A DNA stretch of 64,000 nt, taken from the IMG/VR virus record IMGVR_UViG_3300029220_000004; one strand, given 5' to 3'. The notes beneath the pieces are model-generated. The model was not told the DNA's origin. It worked only from the letters and a program-made list of their open reading frames with translations, and did no database searches. This document shows positions 1 through 9,595 of the stretch, piece after piece. The position numbers and the translations under genes were made by a program. The DNA comes from a virus. Position 1 is the stretch's first letter. Each line of letters begins with the position of its first letter.

Positions 1-108
1 ATACGGGCCCGTAAGACAGAATAATGCTGATAACAGCATAAAACGTGTTGTTAGCAGATATAGCCGGATTTATACCGGTACATTACTCTAGGAAAGGAGT
101 GAGAAAAT

Positions 109-402
109 ATGGAGCAGGTTATGAACTATGTGAAACCGGAACTTCTTATTGTCGCGGTTGTACTGTACTTTATCGGAATGGGTATTAAAAAATCCGAAGT
201 CATACCGGACAAATATATCCCGGCAATCCTTGGTGCTTTAGGCATTCTGATTTGTGGAATTTATGTTATTGCTACATGTGCTATATCTGGCGCACAGGAA
301 ATCGCAATGGCAATTTTTACCGCAATCACACAGGGAATCCTCGTTGCAGGACTTAGTAATTATGTAAATCAGATCGTAAAGCAGGCAAGCAAAGAAGACT
401 AG
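109..402 (+). CDS. small membrane protein, holin-like
   Basis: 97 aa; RBS GGAAAGGAG upstream; 2-3 hydrophobic helices and a charged C-tail (KQASKED). Resembles small Firmicutes phage holins but lies ahead of the tail genes, not next to the lysin. Confidence 0.5.
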   Translation: MEQVMNYVKPELLIVAVVLYFIGMGIKKSEVIPDKYIPAILGALGILICGIYVIATCAISGAQEIAMAIFTAITQGILVAGLSNYVNQIVKQASKED

Positions 403-450
403 AAGGAGGTGATCCTTTTATCTCCCGGTACAGGGTTACGTACTAGAACC

Positions 451-472
451 AGAGCCGTTAAGGCTCTTTTTT
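451..472 (+). terminator. rho-independent terminator
   Basis: Stem AGAGCC/GGCTCT with a 5-nt loop, followed by a T-run, directly after the 109-402 stop. Confidence 0.6.
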
Positions 473-512
473 ATTGCAACAAATTATAGCCGAAAGGCAG
501 AAAGGAGCCAAA

Positions 513-992
513 ATGGCACGATTAACTACACTTGGTGTGAAATTTTCATATGCCGTTGAAACCGTGAAAGGCACAAAACCTACCAAATTCACACAGCTGG
601 AAGAAGCCTCTTCCATCGGCGGTATTTCTCTTGACACAGAACAGATTGATGTTTCTGCACTGGAAGATTATCTGACTCAGTATGCAGCTGGTAGACAGGA
701 TACAGGTGGTACTTGGGAGATTGAATTTATCATGGATCCAGACAAATCTGTTAAACAGATTAAAAAACTGTACGAAGATTCTAAGGCTGCAAAAACTACA
801 GGATTGGCAACTTGGTTTCAGGTGTCGTTCCCGGATATGTCCGACTCATTCTTTGTTATTGCAGAATGCGGTCGTGAAATTCCAATGCCAGAAATTGCAC
901 AGAACGAAGCAGCAACCATGTCTATTTCTCTTATCATCAATACATATAAGGGACTGGATACCAAAATTGAGCCGACAGCGGCTGCTGAATAA
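513..992 (+). CDS. major tail protein (phi13/TP901-like)
   Basis: ATG at 513 follows AAAGGAG. About 160 aa starting MARLTTLGVKFSYAVE. Size, sequence style and position just before the G/T chaperone pair and tape measure gene fit. Confidence 0.7.
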   Translation: MARLTTLGVKFSYAVETVKGTKPTKFTQLEEASSIGGISLDTEQIDVSALEDYLTQYAAGRQDTGGTWEIEFIMDPDKSVKQIKKLYEDSKAAKTTGLATWFQVSFPDMSDSFFVIAECGREIPMPEIAQNEAATMSISLIINTYKGLDTKIEPTAAAE

Positions 993-1016
993 GATGTAAA
1001 ACAGGGAGGATAATTT

Positions 1017-1439
1017 ATGTTTAGTTTTTCAGCGAATGGCAAAACATACAAAGTAAAATTCGGATATGGCGTACTTACTCAGTCAGACATTCTTACACAA
1101 GTGTCTTCTATGGGAGCAATCAACAATCCGAAAGATATGATTAAAATGCTTCCAGAACTGATTCTAGTAGGATTGCAAAAAAAGCACAAGGATGAATTCG
1201 GATATGAAACCGAAGAAGAAAAGAAAATTGCATACGATAAAGTGTGCGATCTTCTGGACGACTACGAAGATGAATCCACAGAGGAAAATCCTCATAATGG
1301 ATTTACTTTATTTGAAAAAGCAAGTCAGGAGCTTGAAAAGAACGGTTTTTTATCCGGAATGGTAAAAGCAATGGAGGAGAAATCGGAGGAAGAAAAGAAA
1401 CTTCCGAAGACTCCGCAGGATCACAAGAAGAAGAGCTAA
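1017..1439 (+). CDS. tail assembly chaperone (gpG-like)
   Basis: 140 aa, acidic C-terminal half, between major tail and tape measure genes. Contains the slippery heptamer near its 3' end. Confidence 0.75.
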   Translation: MFSFSANGKTYKVKFGYGVLTQSDILTQVSSMGAINNPKDMIKMLPELILVGLQKKHKDEFGYETEEEKKIAYDKVCDLLDDYEDESTEENPHNGFTLFEKASQELEKNGFLSGMVKAMEEKSEEEKKLPKTPQDHKKKS

Positions 1440-1843
1440 CTTTTCCAGAAGTAGTTCATAAAAAGTTACTTCCATTGTATTTATCAATCGGTGTTTCAGA
1501 AGAAAAGTTTATGGATTCTACACCATATGATTTAGAACCATATATGGAAGCCTACAAATTAAAACAAAAAATGGCTGATTCGCAAGCATGGCAGTTCAAC
1601 ATGTACACGATGTGTGCAGTTCAGACTGCGGTTGCAAATGTGCTTATTGGTAAAAAGTCAAAGGCTGAATACCTTAAAGAACCATTTTCACAAACAGCCG
1701 AAAAGCAAAAGCAAGAGGATGAAGAGAATCTTTCTGAAACAGAAAAGAAACGGCAACGTGACAGGTTGCTCATGACATTGCAACTCATGCAAGCAAATTT
1801 TGAGCTGAATCATGGTAATAATGACGAGGGCAGGCAGGATTAA
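1337..1843 (+). CDS. gpT-like -1 frame extension of the tail chaperone (G-T fusion product)
   Basis: Frame is open 1337-1843 and overlaps the end of the gpG-like gene in the -1 frame. No good independent RBS (only a TTG at 1475). This is the classic siphovirus G/GT arrangement. Confidence 0.65.
   Translation, partial: KERFFIRNGKSNGGEIGGRKETSEDSAGSQEEELTFPEVVHKKLLPLYLSIGVSEEKFMDSTPYDLEPYMEAYKLKQKMADSQAWQFNMYTMCAVQTAVANVLIGKKSKAEYLKEPFSQTAEKQKQEDEENLSETEKKRQRDRLLMTLQLMQANFELNHGNNDEGRQD
1346..1352 (+). promoter_or_regulatory. -1 programmed ribosomal frameshift site (T TTT TTA)
   Basis: Heptamer T_TTT_TTA lies in the 0 frame of the gpG-like gene (GGT TTT TTA). The -1 frame opens at 1337, 9 nt upstream, and stays open to 1843. 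Confidence 0.65.
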
Positions 1844-1870
1844 AAGTCTTGTCTGCCCTTTATTTTTTTG
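1828..1870 (+). terminator. hairpin plus T-run between chaperone and tape measure genes
   Basis: GGGCAGGCAGGA...TCTTGTCTGCCC stem followed by TTTATTTTTTT. Confidence 0.5.
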
Positions 1871-1889
1871 ATTAAAAGGAGGTGCTTTA

Positions 1890-3445
1890 ATGGCCGATAA
1901 TACCATAGATACCCTCAATATACAAATAGAGAGTAGCACAACTCAGGCGGTGCGGTCTATTAATAACCTTGTAAAAAAATTAGATACATTAAACACTGCC
2001 TTTGGAAATCTTGACATAAGCCGGTTAAATAATTTTTCCAATTCTTTAAAAAGTTTAGGTAGCGTGAATTTTAAAGCAAATGGATTGAATGCGGCTATAA
2101 ACGCTATCAATCGTCTTGGAAAATCTGATTTCAGTCAGTTTGATACAGGGAAATTAGGCAAAATTCTTACTGAGATGCAGAAACTTGATGCTATTCCAGA
2201 TGTTTCTCCGAGCGTTAGCCGGTTTACAACCGCTATAGCTAAACTTGCCGGTACAGGACAGTATATCGGCAATGTATCAAAGGAACTTCCGAATCTTGCG
2301 ACAGGTTTAAATAATGTGGCTGCTAAATTAAGCTCTATGAGTGAAGTATCAGCATCCACCAATGCCTTTATTACTTCTCTTGGAAAATTAGCTGGTGCAG
2401 GAGATAAAACTGGAAAGACTGCAAGCCAATTATCAACTCTCGCGCAAGAGGTTTTGAAGTTTTTTGACGTAATGAAAAGCGCACCAGATATCAGTTCGAG
2501 TACAATAAGAATGACAGAAGCTCTTGCAGTATTAGCATCGTCTGGAAGCAAAGTAGGGCGTGCCACAAATAGCGTTTCGAATTCATTTAACGCGCTTTCT
2601 TCGTTAGGTTCAAAAGCAAGTACTGTAATCAATGGGCTGACAAATGCTTTTCAAAAATTTGCTTCAAAAGCTATTTCTTTAGGCGGAAAAGCTGTATCTG
2701 CAATCGCAGGTATTGGAAATGCATCGTCTGAAACTGGTGAAAAAATAAGAAGATTGTCAAACCCTATGAGTTCAGTAACTGATAAGTTGAGTGCTCTTTA
2801 CGCCAAAGGTTTCCTCGTAAAAAGAGCATTAGATGTTCTGACATCGCCAGTAGAATCCGCAATGAACTATGTAGAGACTCTGAACTATTTCAACTCTGCG
2901 TTCAATCAGGTGGCAGAAGGAATCAACACTGACGAATGGAAAAAAAGTGGCATAAAATCCGCTGAAGCATATGCAAATTCATTCCAGGAAAGGGCAAAAC
3001 AGCTTTCACAGAAACTGACAGGATTCGAAATTTCAGATACTGGTGAACTGGCTAGAACCAATACCGCTAGTCTTGGACTTGACCCAGAAAAAACAATGCA
3101 GTATCAGGCAACATTTGCACAGATGGCATCATCTATGGGCGATACATCAGAGACTGCATTAAAATTGTCTAATGCACTCACTATGATTGGCGCAGACCTT
3201 GCTTCTGTACGAAACATGGACTTCGAGGATGTATGGCAGGACATGGCATCTGGCTTGACTGGTATGAGCCGCGCTATGGACAAGTACGGCATTAATATCC
3301 GTAATGCCAACATGCAACAGGAACTGTATAATCTTGGAATTAATACCAGCATATCGAATTTGTCTCAGGCAGATAAAACGATTCTGAGAACGATTATCTT
3401 GCTGAACAACTCTAAGTATGCATGGGCTGATTTGTCAGAAACGAT
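1890..3445 (+). CDS. tail tape measure protein, exon 1
   Basis: RBS AAAGGAGG. Helical repeat-rich N-terminal part and the TP901-type core (...AWADLSETI). The frame hits a stop 6 codons after the proposed 5' splice site. Confidence 0.8.
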
Positions 3446-3768
3446 AAATAGGTCAGTAGCGTGATAAATGCGTAGCTACTGGCAAGTCGCTCATATCGAA
3501 ACCGTCAAGTAGGATATGAGTTATTAGTGATGAAATAAGCTGGAAAGCCGTTTGCAACGGTAATCAGAGAGTGAAGGCTATGATTAAAAGTATAGTCAAC
3601 CGCAACGCGTAGGAAGTGAAACTGTAGTTGAGATACTACAGAATATAATCTTCCCAAGAGGCATCACTATCGGACGGTACAGGTGCAGAGCCTGTGGTAA
3701 AAAGGTACGCTGGACATGCATTGTAATAATGCAGAAGTGAGGATAAAAAGCCTTACGATAACAAATCG
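3446..3768 (+). ncRNA. putative ORF-less group I self-splicing intron in the tape measure gene
   Basis: Removing 3446-3768 joins ...SETI|NQPANQIRMLQSNF in frame. The last exon nt is U (3445) and the last intron nt is G (3768). GTCG at 3486-3489 can pair with exon CGAU, giving a G.U at the splice site. Hairpins at 3454-3481, 3622-3641 and 3679-3695. AAAAGTATAGTC resembles the conserved AUAGUC core segment. Confidence 0.6.
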
Positions 3769-6700
3769 AAATCAACCGGCAAATCAGATTCGTATGCTTC
3801 AATCTAACTTTGCATCCCTTGGTAGAACAATAGGTTCCTTATTCATTCCTATACTGCAAACAGTACTTCCATATATCAATGCAATAGTAATCGCAATACA
3901 AAGAATGTTCGCTTATATTGCAAAACTTCTTGGAATCAAACTGTCTAACTTTGTATCATCTACTGGCGGTATTTCTGTAGATACAAGTAACATTGCGGAT
4001 GATATGGATAATGCCAGTGATTCTATTGATACTGCAAATAAGAATGCCAAAAAGCTCAAAAAAACATTGTCAGTTCTTTCATTTGATGAACTGAATCAGC
4101 TTAATGACAATTCTGATTCTGGTAGTACAAGTAATCCATCTTCTGGCTCTGGAAAAGGCGGTTTGGGGCATATCAAAGCACTTGATGCAGCTTTGAACGA
4201 TGCTTTATCTGCATATCAAAAAGCATGGGACGAAGCATTCAAGAAAATGTCCAACAGGGCAAATGAAATGGCAGATGCCATTGTAAATGCCTTTAAGAGA
4301 AAAGACTGGAAAGGCCTTGGAAAAATCATGGCTGATGGCATCAACTGGGGAATGCAAAAGCTTTATGATTTCATTAACTGGAATAACGTAGGCCCGTACA
4401 TCACTAAATTCACCAGTGCGTTCACCCAGACTTTCAACAGCCTTGTTGATAATATCAACTGGGATTTGATGGGACGTACCGTTGGAGCTGGTATGAATAC
4501 TATTGTAAATACTGCAAACCAACTTCTGGAAGGAATCGACTGGAAGAACCTTGGTGCTAAATTTGCCAATGGTATCACTGGCCTTGTTCGTGAAGTGAAT
4601 TGGGAAAACTTCGGCAATCTGCTTGGAAATTCCTTTATGCGTGGATGGGATATTTTCTCAGGCTTCGTAGAAAATCTCCAGTACGGAGAAATTGGAACAG
4701 CTGTCGCAGAAGGCTTGAACGGAATCTTTGAAAAGATTAATTTCGGTGAAATTGCTCATACACTTGCAACTGGATTGAATGGTGCTTTTGATACATTGGC
4801 TTCATTTACAGCAAGCTTTAATTGGGAAAATCTTGTTGATAACATTACAAATGGAATCACCACATTCATGCAAGAATTCAACTGGAAAGAGAATGGACAG
4901 AAGTTAGAAGAATTTATTAACAAATTACTCACGTCACTTATCGAGATTGCAAGGGGTGTCGATTGGGAAGCGTTTGGACACAATGTAGGCGTATTCCTCA
5001 GTGAAATTGACTGGGGAAAACATCTTGCACAGTTACTTACGGTTATCGGAGACGTTCTTGGTGGAATCTGGGAAGGACTTGGAACAACATCTGCCGGCAC
5101 ATTTGTTCAGGCAATGGCTGTTTTTGCTATTGGTAATAAGCTCATGCCATTAGTTGATACAATTACTAAGTTTTTTACAGGTGATACTGTATTTGGAAAT
5201 CTTTCTAAAGCTGTACAAGGTATGCTGAGTCCCGCAATCACAGAAGCAGTCTCAACAACTATTCCGGCTCTTGGGACATCGTTAGGCTCACTTGTTGCAA
5301 CTGGTGGTGGAATTGCTCTTGCAGTAGGTGGTGCAGTATTACTTACCAAGAAATTAGCAGGACTTTTTGAAACCATGCAGGGTGGTAATGGAATGACTAC
5401 ACAATATGGTGGTTATCTCCATGATTACGCAACACAGCTGACTGATGTAGCAAATCTTACAAACGATCAATCGGAAGCGTTGTGGCAGTTGATTGAAAAG
5501 GATGAAGAACTTGGAAAAACTCACGATGAAATGTACTCTGATATGGTTGAAAAGCTTAAAGAATACGGAGTGTCCACAGATCAGGCAAAAACCGCTCTTG
5601 AGCAGTATGGCGCACAGGCAGGTGTATCGGCTGAATTTGTTGAAGGCATGACCGATCAAATTTCTGCTCTTGGAGAAGGTGTGTCTGAAGCTGCAAGTAA
5701 ATTTGATACATCCAAAATAAGTGTCGATAATTTGAAAGATACTCTGTACGCATTGAGCCTTTCTTCTACAGAATTCGGAGGTAATTATACGACGGCATGG
5801 AATGCAATAAGCGAAGTGCCTTATAGCAACACAAAAGATGCATTAGACGCGGTCTACACTTCTCTCAAAAACGCAGGTGTTCCACTTGACGAACTTGATA
5901 AGAAGTTAAGAGAAGATTTTCCAGAAGCAACTGCAGCTACTAAAACAGCAGTAGACAAGAATATTGTTGGAGCACAGCAGACTATTTCAACATCAGTTGG
6001 ACAAGCATCTAAAGATACAAAGACAGCCACAAATGAAATGGCAAAAAATGCCACAGATGATTTCTCGGAAATCCAGAAACAAGCCGATACTTACATGAAA
6101 GGCATGGAAAACACAACTACTAGCTCATGGGGCAATTCTTCCAGAGAAGCTACATTGAAAGCCAGGGAAATGAAAAATGCCGTAAGTACAGAGCTTGGAA
6201 ATATGGACAAATCTGTAACAAGCCATTTCCAAAGTCAGTACAACATTGCTTATAAGAAATGGGAGAATATCGGAAGAGATATTTCTTCTTATGTTTCTGG
6301 AAGTATGTCAAAGAGTATGGATAGCTCTTTAAATAGCTTTATGAGAACTATTCGCAGCGCATTCAGTGATATGTACAGCATTGGCCATAATGCGGCTCAA
6401 TCATTAAGAAATGGAATGAAATCCGTGAGAATGCCTACGCTTTCGTATTATATTTCTCAGTGGAAAACACATAGCCTTGGGAACGGCGGTACCAGTTCAA
6501 CCCCTGTCTATAGTCCGAACTGGTACGCTAAAGGCGGTTTGTTCAAAAATGCATCTGTCATTGGTGTAGGCGAAGCAGGACAGGAAGCCGTTCTTCCTTT
6601 GGAAAATCGTAAAGCCATGAAATCCATTGCCGACAGCATCATGTCTGGATATGACGGCAACATGGGACTTACGAAAGATGAGATCATGGAAGCTGTTGAG

Positions 6701-6862
6701 CGTGGTGTAGTTACTGCTTTGATGAACAATGGTGGCTTTGGCGGTTCTTCACCGGAGTACATCATGAACAGCATCAAAGTGAACGAGCGTGAACTGGCGC
6801 GAATTGTCACAAAGGCTCAGAACAACACAGATTACCGCATGAATCCGTCCCCGGCATATTGA
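3769..6862 (+). CDS. tail tape measure protein, exon 2
   Basis: Continues the TMP core (QPANQIRMLQSNFASLGRTIGSLFIPIL), then W/F-periodic repeats and TM-like segments. The two exons sum to 4650 nt (1549 aa plus stop). The ATG at 3716 in the ORF track lies inside the intron. Confidence 0.8.
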
Positions 6863-6918
6863 TTTTTGCGGTAGAATTTGATATACTAAACGAGAAATAG
6901 TTATTACATTTGTTGAAG

Positions 6919-6980
6919 AGAGCACACTAAAGATGAAACGAGGGAAAAACCTCACGATTCTTTGGTGTGCTCTTTTTTTT
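6919..6980 (+). terminator. possible terminator after the tape measure gene
   Basis: AGAGCACAC/GTGTGCTCT stem followed by T8. The loop is long (37 nt), so this is weak. Confidence 0.4.
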
Positions 6981-7008
6981 GTTTGGTAAAGCAAAGAGAA
7001 AGGTATTT

Positions 7009-7218
7009 ATGAAACCGTATGGATTAGTTGATAAGAAAATTTTATTTAACAACAATTTATCTCTTGAAGCCAAGGGAATTTATGGACTTATAATGAGCTT
7101 TGATAGTGAAAGAATTAATGTAGAGGAAATTTATAAATTATCATTAGAAGATAAAGAGGTTGTTGACAGAGCCATAGATGAATTGCAATCACACGGCTAT
7201 GTCTTTATTGAAAAATAA
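7009..7218 (+). CDS. small winged-helix/HTH protein (HTH_36-like)
   Basis: 69 aa starting MKPYGLVDKKILFNNNLSLEAKGIYGLIMS. The pattern matches phage/plasmid HTH_36 proteins. Located in a moron island inside the tail module. Confidence 0.5.
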   Translation: MKPYGLVDKKILFNNNLSLEAKGIYGLIMSFDSERINVEEIYKLSLEDKEVVDRAIDELQSHGYVFIEK

Positions 7219-7351
7219 TTTTGGTAAAACCAGTAGGCTAGGGTAGCTCCCGAAAAGTGTAATTCCATGATACACCTGCCTACTGTTTTTATAAATCATG
7301 GATCTGTGGCTACAAGGCAGTCACGCATTAACGACATGGAGGTTATCTATT

Positions 7352-8512
7352 ATGAGCGAACAAATCAAAGAATTATCCCAAAATGAATTAGAAAGAAAAG
7401 TAGATTACATATTTTCACATAGATTTAATCACACTCTGCATGCTTATATCGATATTGCAGGTGATTTAACAGCAGGTGTTTTATTATCTCAAATTATGTA
7501 CTGGTTTGATAAAGATTCAAAAAATGAGTGCGTCAGAACAAAAATCAAAAAGAAAGGTTATTTTTGGATTGCTAGGCGTAGAGATGAATGGGCAAACGAA
7601 ATAAGAGTTGCACCTAAGCAGTATGATTCTGCGATGAAAAAATTAAAAGCTAGAAATTTGGTAGTTGTTGAAAAATTTAAAATTAATGGTGCTCCAACAA
7701 CGCATATCAGACCTAATGATGAAGTAATAAATGTTGCTATTAAAGAATGGAAAGAACAAATTGCTCTTGAAATTATCAAAGACAACGAAGCGGAACAAAG
7801 TGACGTGAATTCCTCAAATCAGAATTTACCAGAAGAGGAAAATCACGAAAAAGTAGTGCCAAATGATGATAAACACTGGTTTTCCCCAAAAGAGGAATTT
7901 CCAAATTCCCAAAACAAGGAAAACCATGGAATTTCCCAAAATGGGAAAATGGAACTTCCCCAAAATGGAAACTCTTTAATTAATAAGAACTATAATAAAG
8001 ATTTAGATGAGGTTTATAAAAAGAGGGTTAAAGATTCTGATACTACTAAAGTAGTACCAGTAGATTCTCCATGTCCGGGTAAGCCGGAAACAAGGAGCAT
8101 CCAGTCTCCACTCGGAATGGGAATAAGCGAAATCCTTTTGAGGAAAGGAATAAACCAATATTGGAATGATGTAGGATGCGAAGAGTATGAAGAATTGAAA
8201 ACAAATGTCACTAATGTCATATTATATTTTTTGGAAAAATACAAAATTAAACTAGGCAAAAGCCATGTTCATTTAAAAGAAGAATATATAAAAACCGTAG
8301 TAGAAGGAATTGTTACAGTACCAGACGAGATGATTGAGTTGATAGATGCTTATGGCTTTGAGTATATTTATAAATCATGCATTGACATGTATTTTGATAC
8401 AAAATTCAGAGAAGATACCAATTATCGTATTTTTCATTTCATAAAAGGTGATATTAGGAAAAATATTGCAATGAAACTTTCAGACCAAATAGAGTTGATA
8501 AGCGATAAATAA
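7352..8512 (+). CDS. DnaD/replication-initiator-like winged-helix protein
   Basis: Start at MSEQIKEL after GGAGG. N-terminal region (LLSQIMYWFDK...GYFWIARRRDEWANEI) looks like replication-initiator/HTH_36 domains. The C-terminal half is unassigned. Confidence 0.45.
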   Translation: MSEQIKELSQNELERKVDYIFSHRFNHTLHAYIDIAGDLTAGVLLSQIMYWFDKDSKNECVRTKIKKKGYFWIARRRDEWANEIRVAPKQYDSAMKKLKARNLVVVEKFKINGAPTTHIRPNDEVINVAIKEWKEQIALEIIKDNEAEQSDVNSSNQNLPEEENHEKVVPNDDKHWFSPKEEFPNSQNKENHGISQNGKMELPQNGNSLINKNYNKDLDEVYKKRVKDSDTTKVVPVDSPCPGKPETRSIQSPLGMGISEILLRKGINQYWNDVGCEEYEELKTNVTNVILYFLEKYKIKLGKSHVHLKEEYIKTVVEGIVTVPDEMIELIDAYGFEYIYKSCIDMYFDTKFREDTNYRIFHFIKGDIRKNIAMKLSDQIELISDK

Positions 8513-8656
8513 AAACGAATAGTTCCTGTGGCAACAGGCAATTAAAACGAGCCAAAATCCATTTAAAATACCGTAGGTGATAACTTCTTCACGTAAACGA
8601 TTCAAATTGATTCTGACTTAAAATAATACAGTAATTAATTAGAAAGTGAGAAAGAA

Positions 8657-8986
8657 ATGAGTAGACTTGGAAAAGAAATGCCGGCAGAGTATTCTGACCG
8701 ATTTGATGAACTGAGGCAAAACCGGTGCGAAACAAGCTTTTACAAATACGGCACGGCAAAAGATAATTTTGGAGAACGTCTGGTAAATGCGATTGAATCA
8801 CACGATATGTGCATTAAAAAATATAAAGAAACTGGTAACACGGAGTATCTTTGCGATGCTGCGAATTATCTGATGTTCGAATTTATGTATCCACAAATCG
8901 AAGGTGCTTATTTCAAAGCAACCGACAGTGGGAAAAGTGCCGGAGTAGTTGGAACACCAATTAATCAGTTAAAGGAGAAATGGTAG
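8657..8986 (+). CDS. hypothetical protein
   Basis: 109-aa ORF with RBS AGAAAGTGAGAAAG. No motif recognised. Confidence 0.5.
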   Translation: MSRLGKEMPAEYSDRFDELRQNRCETSFYKYGTAKDNFGERLVNAIESHDMCIKKYKETGNTEYLCDAANYLMFEFMYPQIEGAYFKATDSGKSAGVVGTPINQLKEKW

Positions 8987-9144
8987 GATGAAAAAATCGG
9001 GCAATTCTTATGGGAAACACGGATTATGAATCATTTTGCAAAGAGCACTTCGAAAGATTCATTTCTGATATCCAAAAGAAACATTAATATAACTTTTTCT
9101 TACTGAATCTCACCTTGTATATGTGATAGAATAAAGAATCATAA

Positions 9145-9217
9145 AGCGTCTATCAGAGCGATAGGCGCTATTTTCGTGTAATTAAGCATCTTCTTTCGGG
9201 AAGGTGCTTTTTCTTTT
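9145..9217 (+). terminator. two tandem rho-independent terminators
   Basis: AGCGTCTATC/GATAGGCGCT followed by ATTTT, then GCATCTTC/GGAAGGTGC followed by TTTTTCTTTT. They close the moron island just before the distal tail gene. Confidence 0.6.
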
Positions 9218-9229
9218 ATGAGGTGTTAT

Positions 9230-9592
9230 ATGGCAGAAATATTTTTAAAAGTAAACGGTGTCTCGATGCCTTGCCCGTCTTCCTACACATGGGGATTACA
9301 GGACGTATCAGCGGCAAAATCAGGAAGATCTGATGACTCTGTCATGCATAAAAACAGGGTAGCGCAAAAAAGAAAATTAGCTTTGCAGTGGAACGGTAAA
9401 GATTGGGCTACTACAGCTAAGATTCTTCAAGCGTTCAATCCCGAGTACATCCAAATTACATATCCAGATATGATGTCTGGAAAATACGAAACCAGAACAT
9501 TTTATGTTGGTGACAGGAGTGCGCCTGTTAAATGGTGGTGGCATGGAAACCAGAGAACAGAATCTATCAGTTTTGATGTGATTGAGAGGTGA
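9230..9592 (+). CDS. distal tail protein-like (small Dit-position protein)
   Basis: About 120 aa starting MAEIFLKVNGV. Sits immediately upstream of, and translationally coupled to, the large tail protein. Assignment is by position only. Confidence 0.5.
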   Translation: MAEIFLKVNGVSMPCPSSYTWGLQDVSAAKSGRSDDSVMHKNRVAQKRKLALQWNGKDWATTAKILQAFNPEYIQITYPDMMSGKYETRTFYVGDRSAPVKWWWHGNQRTESISFDVIER

Positions 9593-9595
9593 TGC

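Noticed and set aside
682-1051. ORFs 682-999 (+) and 818-1051 (-) overlapping the major tail gene
   Set aside because: They are alternative-frame shadows of a gene with a good RBS and a tail-protein-like sequence.
3596-3802. ATG at 3716 as the start of a separate second tape measure protein, and the minus ORF 3596-3802
   Set aside because: The ATG lies inside the proposed intron, has no RBS, and its first 17 codons are unrelated to TMP. The conserved TMP motif is only restored by joining 3445 to 3769.
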